A stretch of DNA of 37,618 nucleotides, from IMG/VR virus record IMGVR_UViG_3300020594_000163, positions 1 through 37,618 of that record; one strand, given 5' to 3'. The notes under the pieces were generated by a model. The model did not search any database and was not told the DNA's origin. It saw nothing but the letters and a program-made list of their open reading frames with translations. This document shows, piece by piece, positions 7,989-17,639 of the stretch; position 1 is the stretch's first letter; the number at the start of each line of letters is the position of its first letter. The stretch is from a virus. Taxonomy: Duplodnaviria > Caudoviricetes. Position numbers and translations under genes: made by a program.

Positions 7989-9274
7989 GCGTTCACTCTC
8001 ATAACGTCACTCCATCTCGTCGTGTATTGGGGGCTCAGCAGCTGCTGCTTCATGTGCCAAGAAGCTACTGCTGGCTCACTCGCGAATCTAACCGAACCGC
8101 GCCCATGCGTCATGTTGATGCGATCCAGAACCGCCATCAGTTGCTCGGTGTTCTTTCGCGTAGGTTGGGCAAACAGGTCATCCGTGAACATGCCCGCATC
8201 GAAGAACTGGCTCAGGATCACCCCGGCTTTCGCGTATCGAGGGCCATCGATGTAGATCTGTTGCAGGCCGGCCACAGCAGCTGCAAGAAGGTCTCGCGTG
8301 TCGTACGTTGGACACGTTAGCGGCACACTGACCGAGCGACCGTACTGCATGCCTTTTGTGTCGAATGGGCTCGTGCGGATGAAGACCTGAAGGCACGCCG
8401 CATACTGCCTCTGCTCCCGCAGCTTCCGCGAAGCGTTGGCAACAAACGTCGAGATGGCGGTACGGAGGCCCTGGTAGCTGGTCACTCTTTCACTAAAGCT
8501 GCGCGTACAGGCGATCATTTGCTTGGGCTCAACGTCCTCGGTCAGCGACATGCAATATTCACCCGACAACTCACGTGATGTGCGCTCGACGTTGATATTG
8601 AACTGCCTACGCAGCGTTTTGGGGTCGTACGTTGCGAGATCCCAGGCCTTGTTGATATTCATGCCCTGGAGCTGCGTTGTGAGCCGCCTACCGATACCCC
8701 AGACCTCATCCACATCAGCGTAGCGGAGCAGCTTTTCTTGCTTCACGGGACAGCACAGATCGACCACGGCGCCGGTCTTCGTCTTCCACTTTTTCGATGA
8801 CCAGTTGGCGAGTTTCGCCAATGTTTTTGTGGTCGAAATGCCGACGCCTACTGGGATGCCGACCTCTCGGTAGACCGCTTGCTGGACGTGGCGTCCGAAA
8901 GCGTCGAGGTCGCGGTCAGGAATGCCGGTGAGATCGAGCCAGGCTTCGTCGATGCTGTAGGGCTCTATTTGCGGAGCCTCTCTGCGGAGCACGTGCATGA
9001 CTCGGTTGCTCAAGTCCTGGTACAGCGCGTAGTTGCTCGAAACGCAGATGAGCCCTTTGCGCTCGATCAACTCGCGGAGCTGGAAATGAGGCTAGCCCAT
9101 CTTCACGCCAAGGGCCTTCGCTTCGTCGCTACGTGAGACAGCGCAGCCGTCGTTGTTGGAGAGCGCGACGACGGGCTTTCCGAGCAACTCGGGACGGAAG
9201 AGGCGCTCAGCACTGACGTAGAAGCAATGACAATCGACTAGCCCGAAGCGCTTAATGGATTTGGCTTTTTGCAT
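7985..9274 (-). pseudogene. umuC: Y-family DNA polymerase V catalytic subunit (UmuC/RulB) interrupted by a single in-frame TAG at 9092-9094
   Basis: LVDCHCFYVSAER..SNNDGC..GVKMG*PHFQLRELIE..SSNYALY..YSIDEAWLD..SPQYTTRW; both track ORFs share one frame, 430 codons in total. Confidence 0.9.
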
Positions 9275-9277
9275 CGA

Positions 9278-9493
9278 TTAGCTCGTGAGCAAATCTTGCG
9301 AAAATGCCAAATCGTCGCCGTCGATCACGAGCCGAAGCTGACGGTGCGCGCCCATACGTGCCTGAAGGCGCTCCAGGTGCTTAACCCCCTCGTTGTTCAG
9401 CCGAACGATTTCTTCGCGAGAGAGCGAGCGCAGAAATTCGAGCTTCGCTTGCTGGTTGGCCAGCTTCATAGCCAACAGATCCTGGAATGTCAT
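9278..9493 (-). CDS. 71-aa hypothetical protein between umuD and umuC
   Basis: ATGA overlap with the umuD stop; ends 3 bp before the umuC ATG. Confidence 0.65.
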   Translation of the reverse strand: MTFQDLLAMKLANQQAKLEFLRSLSREEIVRLNNEGVKHLERLQARMGAHRQLRLVIDGDDLAFSQDLLTS

Positions 9494-9927
9494 GCTGCAC
9501 CTCGTTGCGGGTGGAGGTTGTACGTGACAACGCCCCAGACCTCGACTTGCTCATCTTCTCCCAAGCGGATTGGAGGGGATTCCGGATTCTCGGCTTTTAG
9601 CATCCGCACTGAGCCGGCGACGGCAAAGGTTTTCACAGTGAAGTCAGCGCCAATCCGAGCGACGATCACATCACCCGGCGCCGGTTCCAGGGCACGGTTG
9701 ATGATCAGGTAGTCGCGGTCGAAGATGCCTCTGCCGCACATGCTGTGCCCTGAAGCGCGGCCCACAAACATCGATGGTGCACGCATTCCAACAAGCTCGT
9801 CGAGGCTCAGCGGGGGCTCTTCGTGGTCAAGCCCTGGAGAAGGAAAGCCGCAGGGAAGCTGGCCCAGCTGCTGCATCAACTCTGGTTCGTCGGCTGGAAT
9901 AAGTGGGCGGATCTGAGTGGCGTACAT
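9490..9927 (-). CDS. umuD: DNA polymerase V subunit UmuD/RulA (S24 autopeptidase)
   Basis: CGFPSP cleavage site, GHSM catalytic Ser, FTVK catalytic Lys, WGVV. Confidence 0.93.
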   Translation of the reverse strand: MYATQIRPLIPADEPELMQQLGQLPCGFPSPGLDHEEPPLSLDELVGMRAPSMFVGRASGHSMCGRGIFDRDYLIINRALEPAPGDVIVARIGADFTVKTFAVAGSVRMLKAENPESPPIRLGEDEQVEVWGVVTYNLHPQRGAA

Positions 9928-9946
9928 CTCGGGGCTCAGGATTTAA

Positions 9947-9988
9947 CTGTATGAATACACAGTATAGGGGATTTCTGACAGATGCCAA
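9947..9988 (-). promoter_or_regulatory. LexA (SOS) box overlapping the umuD promoter
   Basis: CTGTATGAATACACAG (CTG-N10-CAG, 9947-9962); minus-strand TTGGCA-16 bp-TATACT overlaps it. Confidence 0.88.
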
Positions 9989-10091
9989 GGAATCCAGGAG
10001 GCCAGAAACGGCGCGGGTTTCAGCAGAGTTGCTGCCCGGTCGCTGAGCCGTTATGATGAATCCAACGGTGTCATCTGCTACGGAGGCCACA

Positions 10092-10247
10092 ATGACTACC
10101 AGAAACTCAGTCAAGCCGTCCGCGCCTGCGGTCAAGCGTAAGGTCATTAAGAATCAACTTACGTTTGCCGATGTACGAGAAGCAGCGAAGGCCGGCAATG
10201 AGGCATTTGAAAAGTACGTTGCGACTGGGAAAGTGACTGGTCGCTAA
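10092..10247 (+). CDS. 51-aa basic protein, probable antitoxin of the downstream YafO-like toxin
   Basis: GGAGG RBS at 10082-10086; ends 10 bp before the toxin gene. Confidence 0.6.
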   Translation: MTTRNSVKPSAPAVKRKVIKNQLTFADVREAAKAGNEAFEKYVATGKVTGR

Positions 10248-10257
10248 GCGAGCCAAC

Positions 10258-10683
10258 TTGTCGTCAGTAAAAGTCTCGGACCTCTTCAAAAAGTCCGAAA
10301 ATTGGTACAACTTCTACGCTCACTTCTACAACTACAAGCTCTGCAACGACCTCCCTGAAATTTTTGGAAGGGATGAAGAGCTTGATCTCGATGATATGCA
10401 CCACATCCATCTTGCTGCTAACGAGGCTGTGCAGGCTCGTTGGCGGGCAACAAGGATTCAGTATTATCGCACTACCGACAAAGACCTGCCCGAAGAAGAC
10501 TACTGGCTGATTTACGCCTATGAGCCTCTTCGTGAAGAATATCTCCTCGTCACGATTATTGGACCTGACGCACACTCAAGGAGTGAGTGGGGTTCGTACC
10601 TACGTAACTTGGCTGAGGAGGTCGTAGAGCCTTGGGTTCTTGGTCGAGTCAAATACACAGACCCGGACGAAGAGGACGAGTAA
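10258..10683 (+). CDS. yafO: YafO-family mRNA interferase toxin
   Basis: LP.IFGRD, MHHIHL, D.WLIY, PDAH motifs. Confidence 0.8.
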   Translation: MSSVKVSDLFKKSENWYNFYAHFYNYKLCNDLPEIFGRDEELDLDDMHHIHLAANEAVQARWRATRIQYYRTTDKDLPEEDYWLIYAYEPLREEYLLVTIIGPDAHSRSEWGSYLRNLAEEVVEPWVLGRVKYTDPDEEDE

Positions 10684-10713
10684 TCCGCTGGTCGCCTTCG
10701 GCAAGGCCGGTAT

Positions 10714-10995
10714 TCATTTGTTGTCAACACCAGCAGAGCCTGGGCGAGGTGCCTCGACCCAGGCACTCATCGCCAGCTTGTCAGCGTTGCACTGCTCAAG
10801 CGCGGTGTCGTAGTCAAAGAGCCGAGAAGCTGCATCTCGCCATGTCTCTATGCTATCCAGGCCTGGTGATTGAGTGTTCTGGTAGAGCAGCGGAGATGGC
10901 TTCAGCAGACGGTCCTGCGGCACATACTCAACCTGCTGTGTGCTGCACGCTGCCAAACAGGCCGGCAGGCACAGGCTGATCCAAACACGCGTCAT
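10714..10995 (-). CDS. Outer-membrane spanin (Rz1-like lipoprotein)
   Basis: MTRVWISLCLPACLAAC lipobox, Pro-rich segment, LEQCNAD; overlaps the 3' end of the i-spanin in another frame. Confidence 0.8.
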   Translation of the reverse strand: MTRVWISLCLPACLAACSTQQVEYVPQDRLLKPSPLLYQNTQSPGLDSIETWRDAASRLFDYDTALEQCNADKLAMSAWVEAPRPGSAGVDNK

Positions 10996-11266
10996 CCTTG
11001 ATCTCCATAAGCGTTTTCTTCCTTTTGTCCAATTCCGCGGCTGCACGCTTGTACTGCGAATCTCGCAGGCTGAGCGCGTTCTCCGTGATCTCTAGCTCGC
11101 GTTCCAGACCCTCTGCATGCAGTTTGGTGGCCTGCTGTTGGAACTGTGCAGCGGCGAGCTGCTGGGCGAGATCCTGGGCTTTCTTGTCGCTCCTGGACGC
11201 TTGCCAGAAGCCGGCGATGACGAGCAACAGCAGGCACAGCGAGACGCCAGCCAGCAGCTTCGTCAT
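10928..11266 (-). CDS. Inner-membrane spanin (Rz-like)
   Basis: N-terminal TM helix, coiled coil, C-terminal CLDQPVP. Confidence 0.82.
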   Translation of the reverse strand: MTKLLAGVSLCLLLLVIAGFWQASRSDKKAQDLAQQLAAAQFQQQATKLHAEGLERELEITENALSLRDSQYKRAAAELDKRKKTLMEIKDDACLDQPVPAGLFGSVQHTAG

Positions 11267-11508
11267 GAGCTAGCTCCCGGTTCGGACTTCTTGTGCCATT
11301 TGTCATCGAGGGTGGCGAAGCCGAGGTAGCCGGTGACGATGCCGCCAAACGCAAAGATCAGGGTGTTGAGTACGGACGTTGATTTGTCCATATTTTCTGG
11401 CGCCAGGAACGAGCCAAGCGTGATTCCGATCAGAGCAAACAGGCTTATCCATGCCATTAATCTGCGCGTTTTCCAGCGCGCTCTATTTACATCCTTGTTG
11501 CCACTCAT
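11263..11508 (-). CDS. Holin-like protein with two TM helices
   Basis: RWKTRRLMAWISL, two hydrophobic segments, coupled to the spanins. Confidence 0.65.
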   Translation of the reverse strand: MSGNKDVNRARWKTRRLMAWISLFALIGITLGSFLAPENMDKSTSVLNTLIFAFGGIVTGYLGFATLDDKWHKKSEPGASS

Positions 11509-11509
11509 A

Positions 11510-12736
11510 TTAGCTTTCCTGCTTTTTGATTAAGTATCCTTCCAAGTTCAGCAATGGACTGTATTTGTCTACGTTGAACCAACCCCTGATATCTTCGAGA
11601 ATTCTACCTACACCCCGATGATAGAAAACAATGTCACAGGTGTCGTAGTAGTCCTTCAGTTCTTCGAATTGAGATATAAAAGGCCTTGCGTTATATCTTA
11701 CTCCGGTCTTGTAGTCGCTTCCATAGTTACTTTCAAAGTCATTCCCGAAAACTGTATTGAATGACCTAGAAAGATACCGCTTTTCATATGTGCCGTCTTT
11801 CTTCCAGATGAAATATTCTTCGACGTTATTGTTGTTCGTGCCAGCTCCAAGCAAGAACGACTCAGCAAATAGAGTTCTTGAGTATCTTGCTGATGCTTCC
11901 ATGGATCGATCTCCAGCCCAAGAGTAACTTTTTCCTGAAGCTGACATCTCTACAGTTGCGGTCCGGTAATCGTAAATCTTGGAAGATCCGTGATATGAGT
12001 AGGCGTAGTTGATGGGGGCGAAAGCGTAGAAATTTCCGTCCAGCGGATCTCTGTCAATGATGTTACCTTTTTTGTCGTACTTGATCTTATCATCGATCAC
12101 CCCAGAGTTCTGTTTGAACCAGTTGACGGGAATAATGTGCTGATAGAAAACTTTCGCTATGACATCTCTCACTCTTGGTTCTTGAGCAAAGCCAATCAGA
12201 TCTGGAGAGTTGGAGAACTTGAAGTCCAGGACTACGTTGTCACCCGGCTCAAAGCTGTAGAAAGAGGAGTCACCTAGGTATTTGATGGGCACGTCAGTCC
12301 AGACGCGCTTGTTAAACGGAAAGATCTTAACTTTAGCCGTCTCCCCAAAATTTCCAGATCCGTACAGTTGGACGTTGGCGCGCCTCCGATTTTCAGACAT
12401 GCTGTCGATGATGCCGATCCAGTATTTTGGTTTAGAAACCTGGACGTGGCCGAGTAGCAGTTGATTTCTGAGCCAGTTCCAAGAACTGAGGGAGCGCGGG
12501 CTCGCAACAATTTCCCCATGCCCCAGCCACTCTCCTCTGGTTATGACGTACGCATTCTGGTTCGGATCGCTTGCATGTGTTAGAACTGAGCAGAAATCGC
12601 CAATTTCGAATACGTCTTTTGTAGAAAGGCACCAACACTGCACTGTGACAGTTGTGCCCATCGACTGAACCTGCACAACGTATCTGTATTTACCCATCTT
12701 TTGCAGGATCTTACCGAGGAGCACCGCGCACCTCAC
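11510..12736 (-). CDS. Tail tip / possible receptor-binding protein
   Basis: 408 aa, last gene of the coupled tail block; aromatic-rich, lower-GC C-terminal half. Confidence 0.55.
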   Translation of the reverse strand: MRCAVLLGKILQKMGKYRYVVQVQSMGTTVTVQCWCLSTKDVFEIGDFCSVLTHASDPNQNAYVITRGEWLGHGEIVASPRSLSSWNWLRNQLLLGHVQVSKPKYWIGIIDSMSENRRRANVQLYGSGNFGETAKVKIFPFNKRVWTDVPIKYLGDSSFYSFEPGDNVVLDFKFSNSPDLIGFAQEPRVRDVIAKVFYQHIIPVNWFKQNSGVIDDKIKYDKKGNIIDRDPLDGNFYAFAPINYAYSYHGSSKIYDYRTATVEMSASGKSYSWAGDRSMEASARYSRTLFAESFLLGAGTNNNNVEEYFIWKKDGTYEKRYLSRSFNTVFGNDFESNYGSDYKTGVRYNARPFISQFEELKDYYDTCDIVFYHRGVGRILEDIRGWFNVDKYSPLLNLEGYLIKKQES

Positions 12737-13346
12737 AGTAGTTGGCGCCCGACTCTACGTACATGACTATTTCAGTTGCTACGTAGTCCTTGCTTTCATA
12801 ATTTATGATATCGCCTGGCTGCAACTGCGAGTTTGGCGTAATTCGAATGCTAACTTCGTCGTCATAGTACGCGACATACAGGATGTTCGAGAGCGAAAGG
12901 GATTTTGGCGATGCTGGGCTCGTGTACGACAAGCTACCAGCAATTGTCATAGTCGAGTTGTTCGGAGACAGCGATGGAGTAACGTCAGTGATCTGCGATC
13001 TGGCAATTTCACTCTCGACTTTCGAACCATCCGTGTACTCCACAACGCGCCGGACGTACATCATCTGTCCGGCAAGAATCTTTCCTTTATATGCTGTTCC
13101 GCCTGGTATATAGGCTGTTAAATAAGAAATCCCATCGTTCCGCAGGCGTGACTGAAAGCTCTGCATCGGAATGCGAAGCGTGCCAGCAGGAGTTACCACA
13201 TCGAACACGTACGCAACCTTCAGCTCGCGAGCAGCATCAACGATAGTCTTGCGGTTCGAGAGTGCGTAGGCGACCTCAAGCTCACCGAATACAAGGGTTC
13301 TGGCGTTGCTGTAGCTAACGACAAGGGAGCATGCGATATCAGCCAT
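12711..13346 (-). CDS. Tail tip / hub-like protein
   Basis: Beta-rich 211 aa ORF overlapping its neighbours downstream of the tape measure. Confidence 0.55.
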   Translation of the reverse strand: MADIACSLVVSYSNARTLVFGELEVAYALSNRKTIVDAARELKVAYVFDVVTPAGTLRIPMQSFQSRLRNDGISYLTAYIPGGTAYKGKILAGQMMYVRRVVEYTDGSKVESEIARSQITDVTPSLSPNNSTMTIAGSLSYTSPASPKSLSLSNILYVAYYDDEVSIRITPNSQLQPGDIINYESKDYVATEIVMYVESGANYCEVRGAPR

Positions 13347-14053
13347 TACGGCACGCTCACGTAGTATTTGATCTGCGCGATGTTCTCGCTGCTGCCGCGA
13401 GTAATGTTTTCAGGAACTACGCGCTGAACGTAGAACCCAGCGGCTCCGCCAGCTGGAACTGGACCCAGTGGGAGTGCATCAGTGAGAGAGCCGTACGCTT
13501 TCAGGTCACCAGGAGTAAGACCAACCTGAAACTGATCACCGCCCGCAGACTGCTCCAGGAATACTCTGACATTCGTGACCGCCAGAATGCTCAGATTCTT
13601 GAAGTAGACGTACCGCAGCTCTGTCGCACCAACAGTCGCTTGGTCACTCGAAACGTCCGAAAACAGGGCGTTCTTCGCATAGCTGAACTGCACAACAGTC
13701 GAGGCCACGGTCGAGCCGATCAGCGCCGCATCAGTGATCCGTACGTTGATGTACCTGTTGCTAGCAAACGACAGCGTGTAGAGCCCGGCGCCGCCTGGGC
13801 TCACCGAGGCAGTGTTGCCCGAGTACGAAGCTGTCAGAGTGTTGCCGGCGAAGGACAGAGTGATATCGGTAGTAGTGGGCAGGCCGACAGCCTCAATGAC
13901 ATCCAGGGCCGTAATCGGAGGTTTACCCACGTTCTGGGTTGCAGTCATTGATAAGACTTGTTTGCTGCTGATCGCACCACCTGTCGAAAGTGCCGGACTG
14001 GTGTTTGTGGAGCCGCCAGACAGAAATAGGCCGAAGCTGGCTGGGTTAGACAT
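13346..14053 (-). CDS. Virion structural (minor tail) protein
   Basis: LSGG..N..P..S.GGAISS and LF.DVS..A..G..E.R.VY.KN phage structural motifs; GGAG RBS. Confidence 0.6.
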   Translation of the reverse strand: MSNPASFGLFLSGGSTNTSPALSTGGAISSKQVLSMTATQNVGKPPITALDVIEAVGLPTTTDITLSFAGNTLTASYSGNTASVSPGGAGLYTLSFASNRYINVRITDAALIGSTVASTVVQFSYAKNALFSDVSSDQATVGATELRYVYFKNLSILAVTNVRVFLEQSAGGDQFQVGLTPGDLKAYGSLTDALPLGPVPAGGAAGFYVQRVVPENITRGSSENIAQIKYYVSVP

Positions 14054-14399
14054 ACTGCTCCTCCACGTCGAGGTAGAGAGAACAGGACGTAGCGCCTTCA
14101 GCGAAGCGGTCTACTGAGCACAAGAACAGACCGTGGATCGATGCGATCAGGAGCTTCGGGTACAGCTGCACGAGCCGGCGCACAGCTTCAGAAACGAGCT
14201 GGGAGGCACGGAAAGTCAGGCTAAAGCTGCGATCCTGAATGCTGCTGCCACGATCTTCAGTGACGTAGCCGCCGTCCAGGGTCTGCACCCTAGACCTGCG
14301 GCGGGAGGTCTCGCCGAAGCTGGAGGTCTCGTAATCAACGTCGAGAATTACAACTCCTTGCTGATCAAAGTTGAGTGAATGTATAGCAAGCATATCCAT
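14046..14399 (-). CDS. Distal-tail-like protein
   Basis: Directly after the tape measure; RR.SRVQTLDGG motif. Confidence 0.55.
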   Translation of the reverse strand: MDMLAIHSLNFDQQGVVILDVDYETSSFGETSRRRSRVQTLDGGYVTEDRGSSIQDRSFSLTFRASQLVSEAVRRLVQLYPKLLIASIHGLFLCSVDRFAEGATSCSLYLDVEEQYV

Positions 14400-14431
14400 C
14401 CTTGAATATAAATATACGGTAAATTATATAA

Positions 14432-17400
14432 TTAAACCTCTAACCCTACCAGCTGATTCTGAACTTCCTGTGTTGCTTTTACTTGCGCTCTTTCGACGAT
14501 CTTCTGTAGCACAATGTCGAGTTCTGGATAGACACCGCTTGTTTCAACAACGATCTTCGCGGCCTGCCCGTTAAGAGACTTTTCGGCCATTTTTGCTTTG
14601 ATCTCCAAGAGTTTTATGTTTGTTTCAAGCTCTTTGTTAGTAAGATCAATTGTCTCCATCTGCTTCTTGAAAGCTTTGTCCCGCATGCTGTCTTCTTTCT
14701 CTAATTGCTCAAGCAGTAAATCTTGGGTGTCAGAGTCTCTGTTGCCGAGGTTGATGTACTGCTGTGTCAAATTATCCATTCTGTCCCCGGCGTTATCGAA
14801 TGATCTGGATAGCGCTTCAAGAGATGCCGTTGCTGCGTCAGCTGAAGCTTTGAGACTCTTGACACCACTAGACATATCTTTTGAAGAAGATGCTGCAAGC
14901 CCCTTTACCGTATCAGTGAGCTTTTTTACTTTACCGTCTGCATCTGTGTAGCTTTCACCTTCTTTCTTGAGGGCGTCTACTTTCTTTCCCGAAGCCTCAG
15001 GATACTCCTTGGTTTTATCAAGGTGATCTACTTCCTGTTCGGTAAGTTTCGCTATGCCTCCCGTGTTGTCGATGATCAGTTGCTTGATTTTCTCATCAAG
15101 TTCAATACTTTTCTGCTGGCTTTTGAAGGTCTCGTCCTGGTAATAACTTTGCTTTTCATACTGCTCTTCAAGCAAGTCAATCTGATCAGATGTCAGCTTT
15201 TTAGAACCGAGCATGTAACCGTTCAGGTTGTCGATTCTCGAACCGAGCCCAGAGAATTGATCGCTCAGCGTCTTGATATTTGTCGCAGAAGTGCTGAGAG
15301 TGGAATTCATCTCTTTCAAGATGTCTGTTATCTTTACATCTTTTAGAAGCGACGTTTCTATCTTGAAGTCTTTAGTGCTGGATGCCGCCGCAGAGGCACT
15401 TTTTGCTTGCTCATCAAGAGCCTTCTTGTTCGTGTCGAGTTGCTTAGTCGAATCCTCGGTCGCAGCGCCAGATTCTTTCATTGCATCAGCAGACTTCTTG
15501 GTTGCGTCAGCTTCTTCTTTCTTCTTCGCAATCCAGGCGTCGAGTTTCTCTTTGTGGTTTTCCAACGTGATGTTGGTATCGCCCGTCTCTTGTCTGTAGC
15601 GCTCGATCAGCGGAGACATGTTCTTGAAGCTGTCCGCGAGAAGCTGATTCTTGAGCTGAGCTTCGTTCGTGTAGCCGGCCATATTCATCAAGCTATCGCG
15701 CAGGCCATCGGCTCCTTTCCTCACGATCTCAACGTTCTCGTACAGCCACCAACCAGTTGCCCCACCAGCTGCCGCAGCACCGCCGAAGATCCCGGCCTTG
15801 CCGAGCGCGCTGAGCCCTCCCATTTTCGACATGAGATCAGTAAGCCCGGAGCTGAGCTTATTCAGGTTCCATTTCTCCGGATTTAGCGCATCGATGACTT
15901 TCCCGCCAGCAGAGGTCGCAGCTGAGCCGAGACTGCCGAAAACGGAAACTAGGCCACCCAGCGTTGCTTTTCCGGTGCCGGCAGCATCGTTCATCGACAG
16001 CAACTGCTTCACGACGCTGCCAACGGCCAGGAGGGACAGGCCATGCCCGATTGCCGACAACCCGTCACCAAGACCAGCAAGGGCCTGGAGGGCAGTGTTG
16101 GCTACTTTCGCTATGCCCAGAACTTCGCCGCTGGACTGCTTCGCAGCGATGTCCAGGCCGTTGAAAGCTTCGATCCCGCGCTTGATCTGCTCCCAGGCGC
16201 TCCCGAACTGCTTGATCATCCCGGAGGTCACGTCGATCAACGACTCGATGCTGTTGACGACGAACTGCATAGCCTGCGCGACGGCTTTGGGGTCGTTCAG
16301 ATCGATAGAGAAAGCATCGCCGAAGGCCTTTTGCAGATCCTTCAGGGAGCGCTCAAGCCCGCTGAAGTCGAGCATTTCGAAGGCTTGAGGTAGAGACGCA
16401 GACAGCTTGTCCAGTTCACTAACGAAGCCCTTGGCGAACTCTTTGACGATGCCTATCAGCTTGTCGAAATTAGCGCCCTGGACCACTTTGTCGAAGCTCT
16501 GGATCAGGCCGGTGTTCGCGTTGACGACATCAGTGGTGCTGTCCAGGTACTTCGTGCCGATGCTTGCCGCGAGGTTGGTGACAGACGCCTGGAACATCTT
16601 GGTGGCAAATTCCGCACCCTGCGCTCGGGTCTCGAACTCTTTGTTTGCCGAGCCAGCCGAATCCATTGCGATCTTGTAATACTTCGCTACTTTATCGGTG
16701 TTGTTCATGTAGACGATGAAGCGAGACATCTGGTCGGCGCTGGCAACCATAGCGGCCACGCGCTGCTTATCAGCAGACGACATGTTTTTCGTCTTCTCGA
16801 CCATCTCTTGCAGCAGAACGTTGGCATCCTTGCGCTTGCCGTTGGCCTTCATTTGGATGCCAAGCTCTTTTTCGAAGAGATCAGTAACCTCTTTTGTCGG
16901 CTTGATCAGGTTCGAGAAAACAGTCTTCAGTGCGTTTGCAGATTCGCTGCCCGACCTGGTTACCTCGATCATAGGTGTCAACATCGCAGTCGCTTTCTCG
17001 ACGCTGATGCCCATCTCAGATGCAATCGGAGCAAAGACCTTCAAGCCGTCACCGAGCATTGCAACGTTGGCACCAGCGTTGTTTGATACGCCGTTCAGCA
17101 CATCAAGAATGCGGCCAGCTTCGGATGCAGGAGCCTTGAAGCCGGCAAGCGACCCGATCAGCAGTTCGTTGACGTTCTTCAGATCCATGTCTGCGGCGGT
17201 AACGCCCTTCAGGGCCACTTCGGCGAGCGAAAGCGAGTCCTGGATGCCATAACCAGCTTGCTTGAATTCAGCTACGGACTTTGTAGTGTCAGCGTTCGAC
17301 ATCGCATACTTCTTGCCGAGCGATGCGATGGAGTCCCCGTACTGAGATACCTTGCCCTCAGAATCGGAAAGGACTTTTTGGAGGTCAAGTTGCGAGCTTT

Positions 17401-17626
17401 GGAGCTTGATGGCCTCTTTTGAAGTGTATGCAGCAACCGCTACAGCGAGTGCAGAAAGAGCCAAGTCGATCTTCATAACGCCATCGGCAACACCGGCAAG
17501 GGGGCCTGTTATGGCTTGGCCTGTACGCGAGAGATCAGAGAGTGAAGAGCCGATAGTTCTGGTTGTCGAGCTAAGCCCGTCTACGCCCCGAAATGCGATC
17601 TCAATGATCTTTGAAACATCTGCCAT
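14432..17626 (-). CDS. Tail tape measure protein, about 1064 aa
   Basis: Long Ala/Gly/Ser-rich helical protein with TP901-type core (GSESANALKT); start reassigned to ATG 17626 (AAGGAAG RBS), after the stop of the frameshifted chaperone. Confidence 0.92.
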   Translation of the reverse strand: MADVSKIIEIAFRGVDGLSSTTRTIGSSLSDLSRTGQAITGPLAGVADGVMKIDLALSALAVAVAAYTSKEAIKLQSSQLDLQKVLSDSEGKVSQYGDSIASLGKKYAMSNADTTKSVAEFKQAGYGIQDSLSLAEVALKGVTAADMDLKNVNELLIGSLAGFKAPASEAGRILDVLNGVSNNAGANVAMLGDGLKVFAPIASEMGISVEKATAMLTPMIEVTRSGSESANALKTVFSNLIKPTKEVTDLFEKELGIQMKANGKRKDANVLLQEMVEKTKNMSSADKQRVAAMVASADQMSRFIVYMNNTDKVAKYYKIAMDSAGSANKEFETRAQGAEFATKMFQASVTNLAASIGTKYLDSTTDVVNANTGLIQSFDKVVQGANFDKLIGIVKEFAKGFVSELDKLSASLPQAFEMLDFSGLERSLKDLQKAFGDAFSIDLNDPKAVAQAMQFVVNSIESLIDVTSGMIKQFGSAWEQIKRGIEAFNGLDIAAKQSSGEVLGIAKVANTALQALAGLGDGLSAIGHGLSLLAVGSVVKQLLSMNDAAGTGKATLGGLVSVFGSLGSAATSAGGKVIDALNPEKWNLNKLSSGLTDLMSKMGGLSALGKAGIFGGAAAAGGATGWWLYENVEIVRKGADGLRDSLMNMAGYTNEAQLKNQLLADSFKNMSPLIERYRQETGDTNITLENHKEKLDAWIAKKKEEADATKKSADAMKESGAATEDSTKQLDTNKKALDEQAKSASAAASSTKDFKIETSLLKDVKITDILKEMNSTLSTSATNIKTLSDQFSGLGSRIDNLNGYMLGSKKLTSDQIDLLEEQYEKQSYYQDETFKSQQKSIELDEKIKQLIIDNTGGIAKLTEQEVDHLDKTKEYPEASGKKVDALKKEGESYTDADGKVKKLTDTVKGLAASSSKDMSSGVKSLKASADAATASLEALSRSFDNAGDRMDNLTQQYINLGNRDSDTQDLLLEQLEKEDSMRDKAFKKQMETIDLTNKELETNIKLLEIKAKMAEKSLNGQAAKIVVETSGVYPELDIVLQKIVERAQVKATQEVQNQLVGLEV

Positions 17627-17639
17627 AGAACTTCCTTGT

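Noticed and set aside
9092-9094. Genome-wide TAG recoding
   Set aside because: Only one interrupted gene; other genes end normally at TAG
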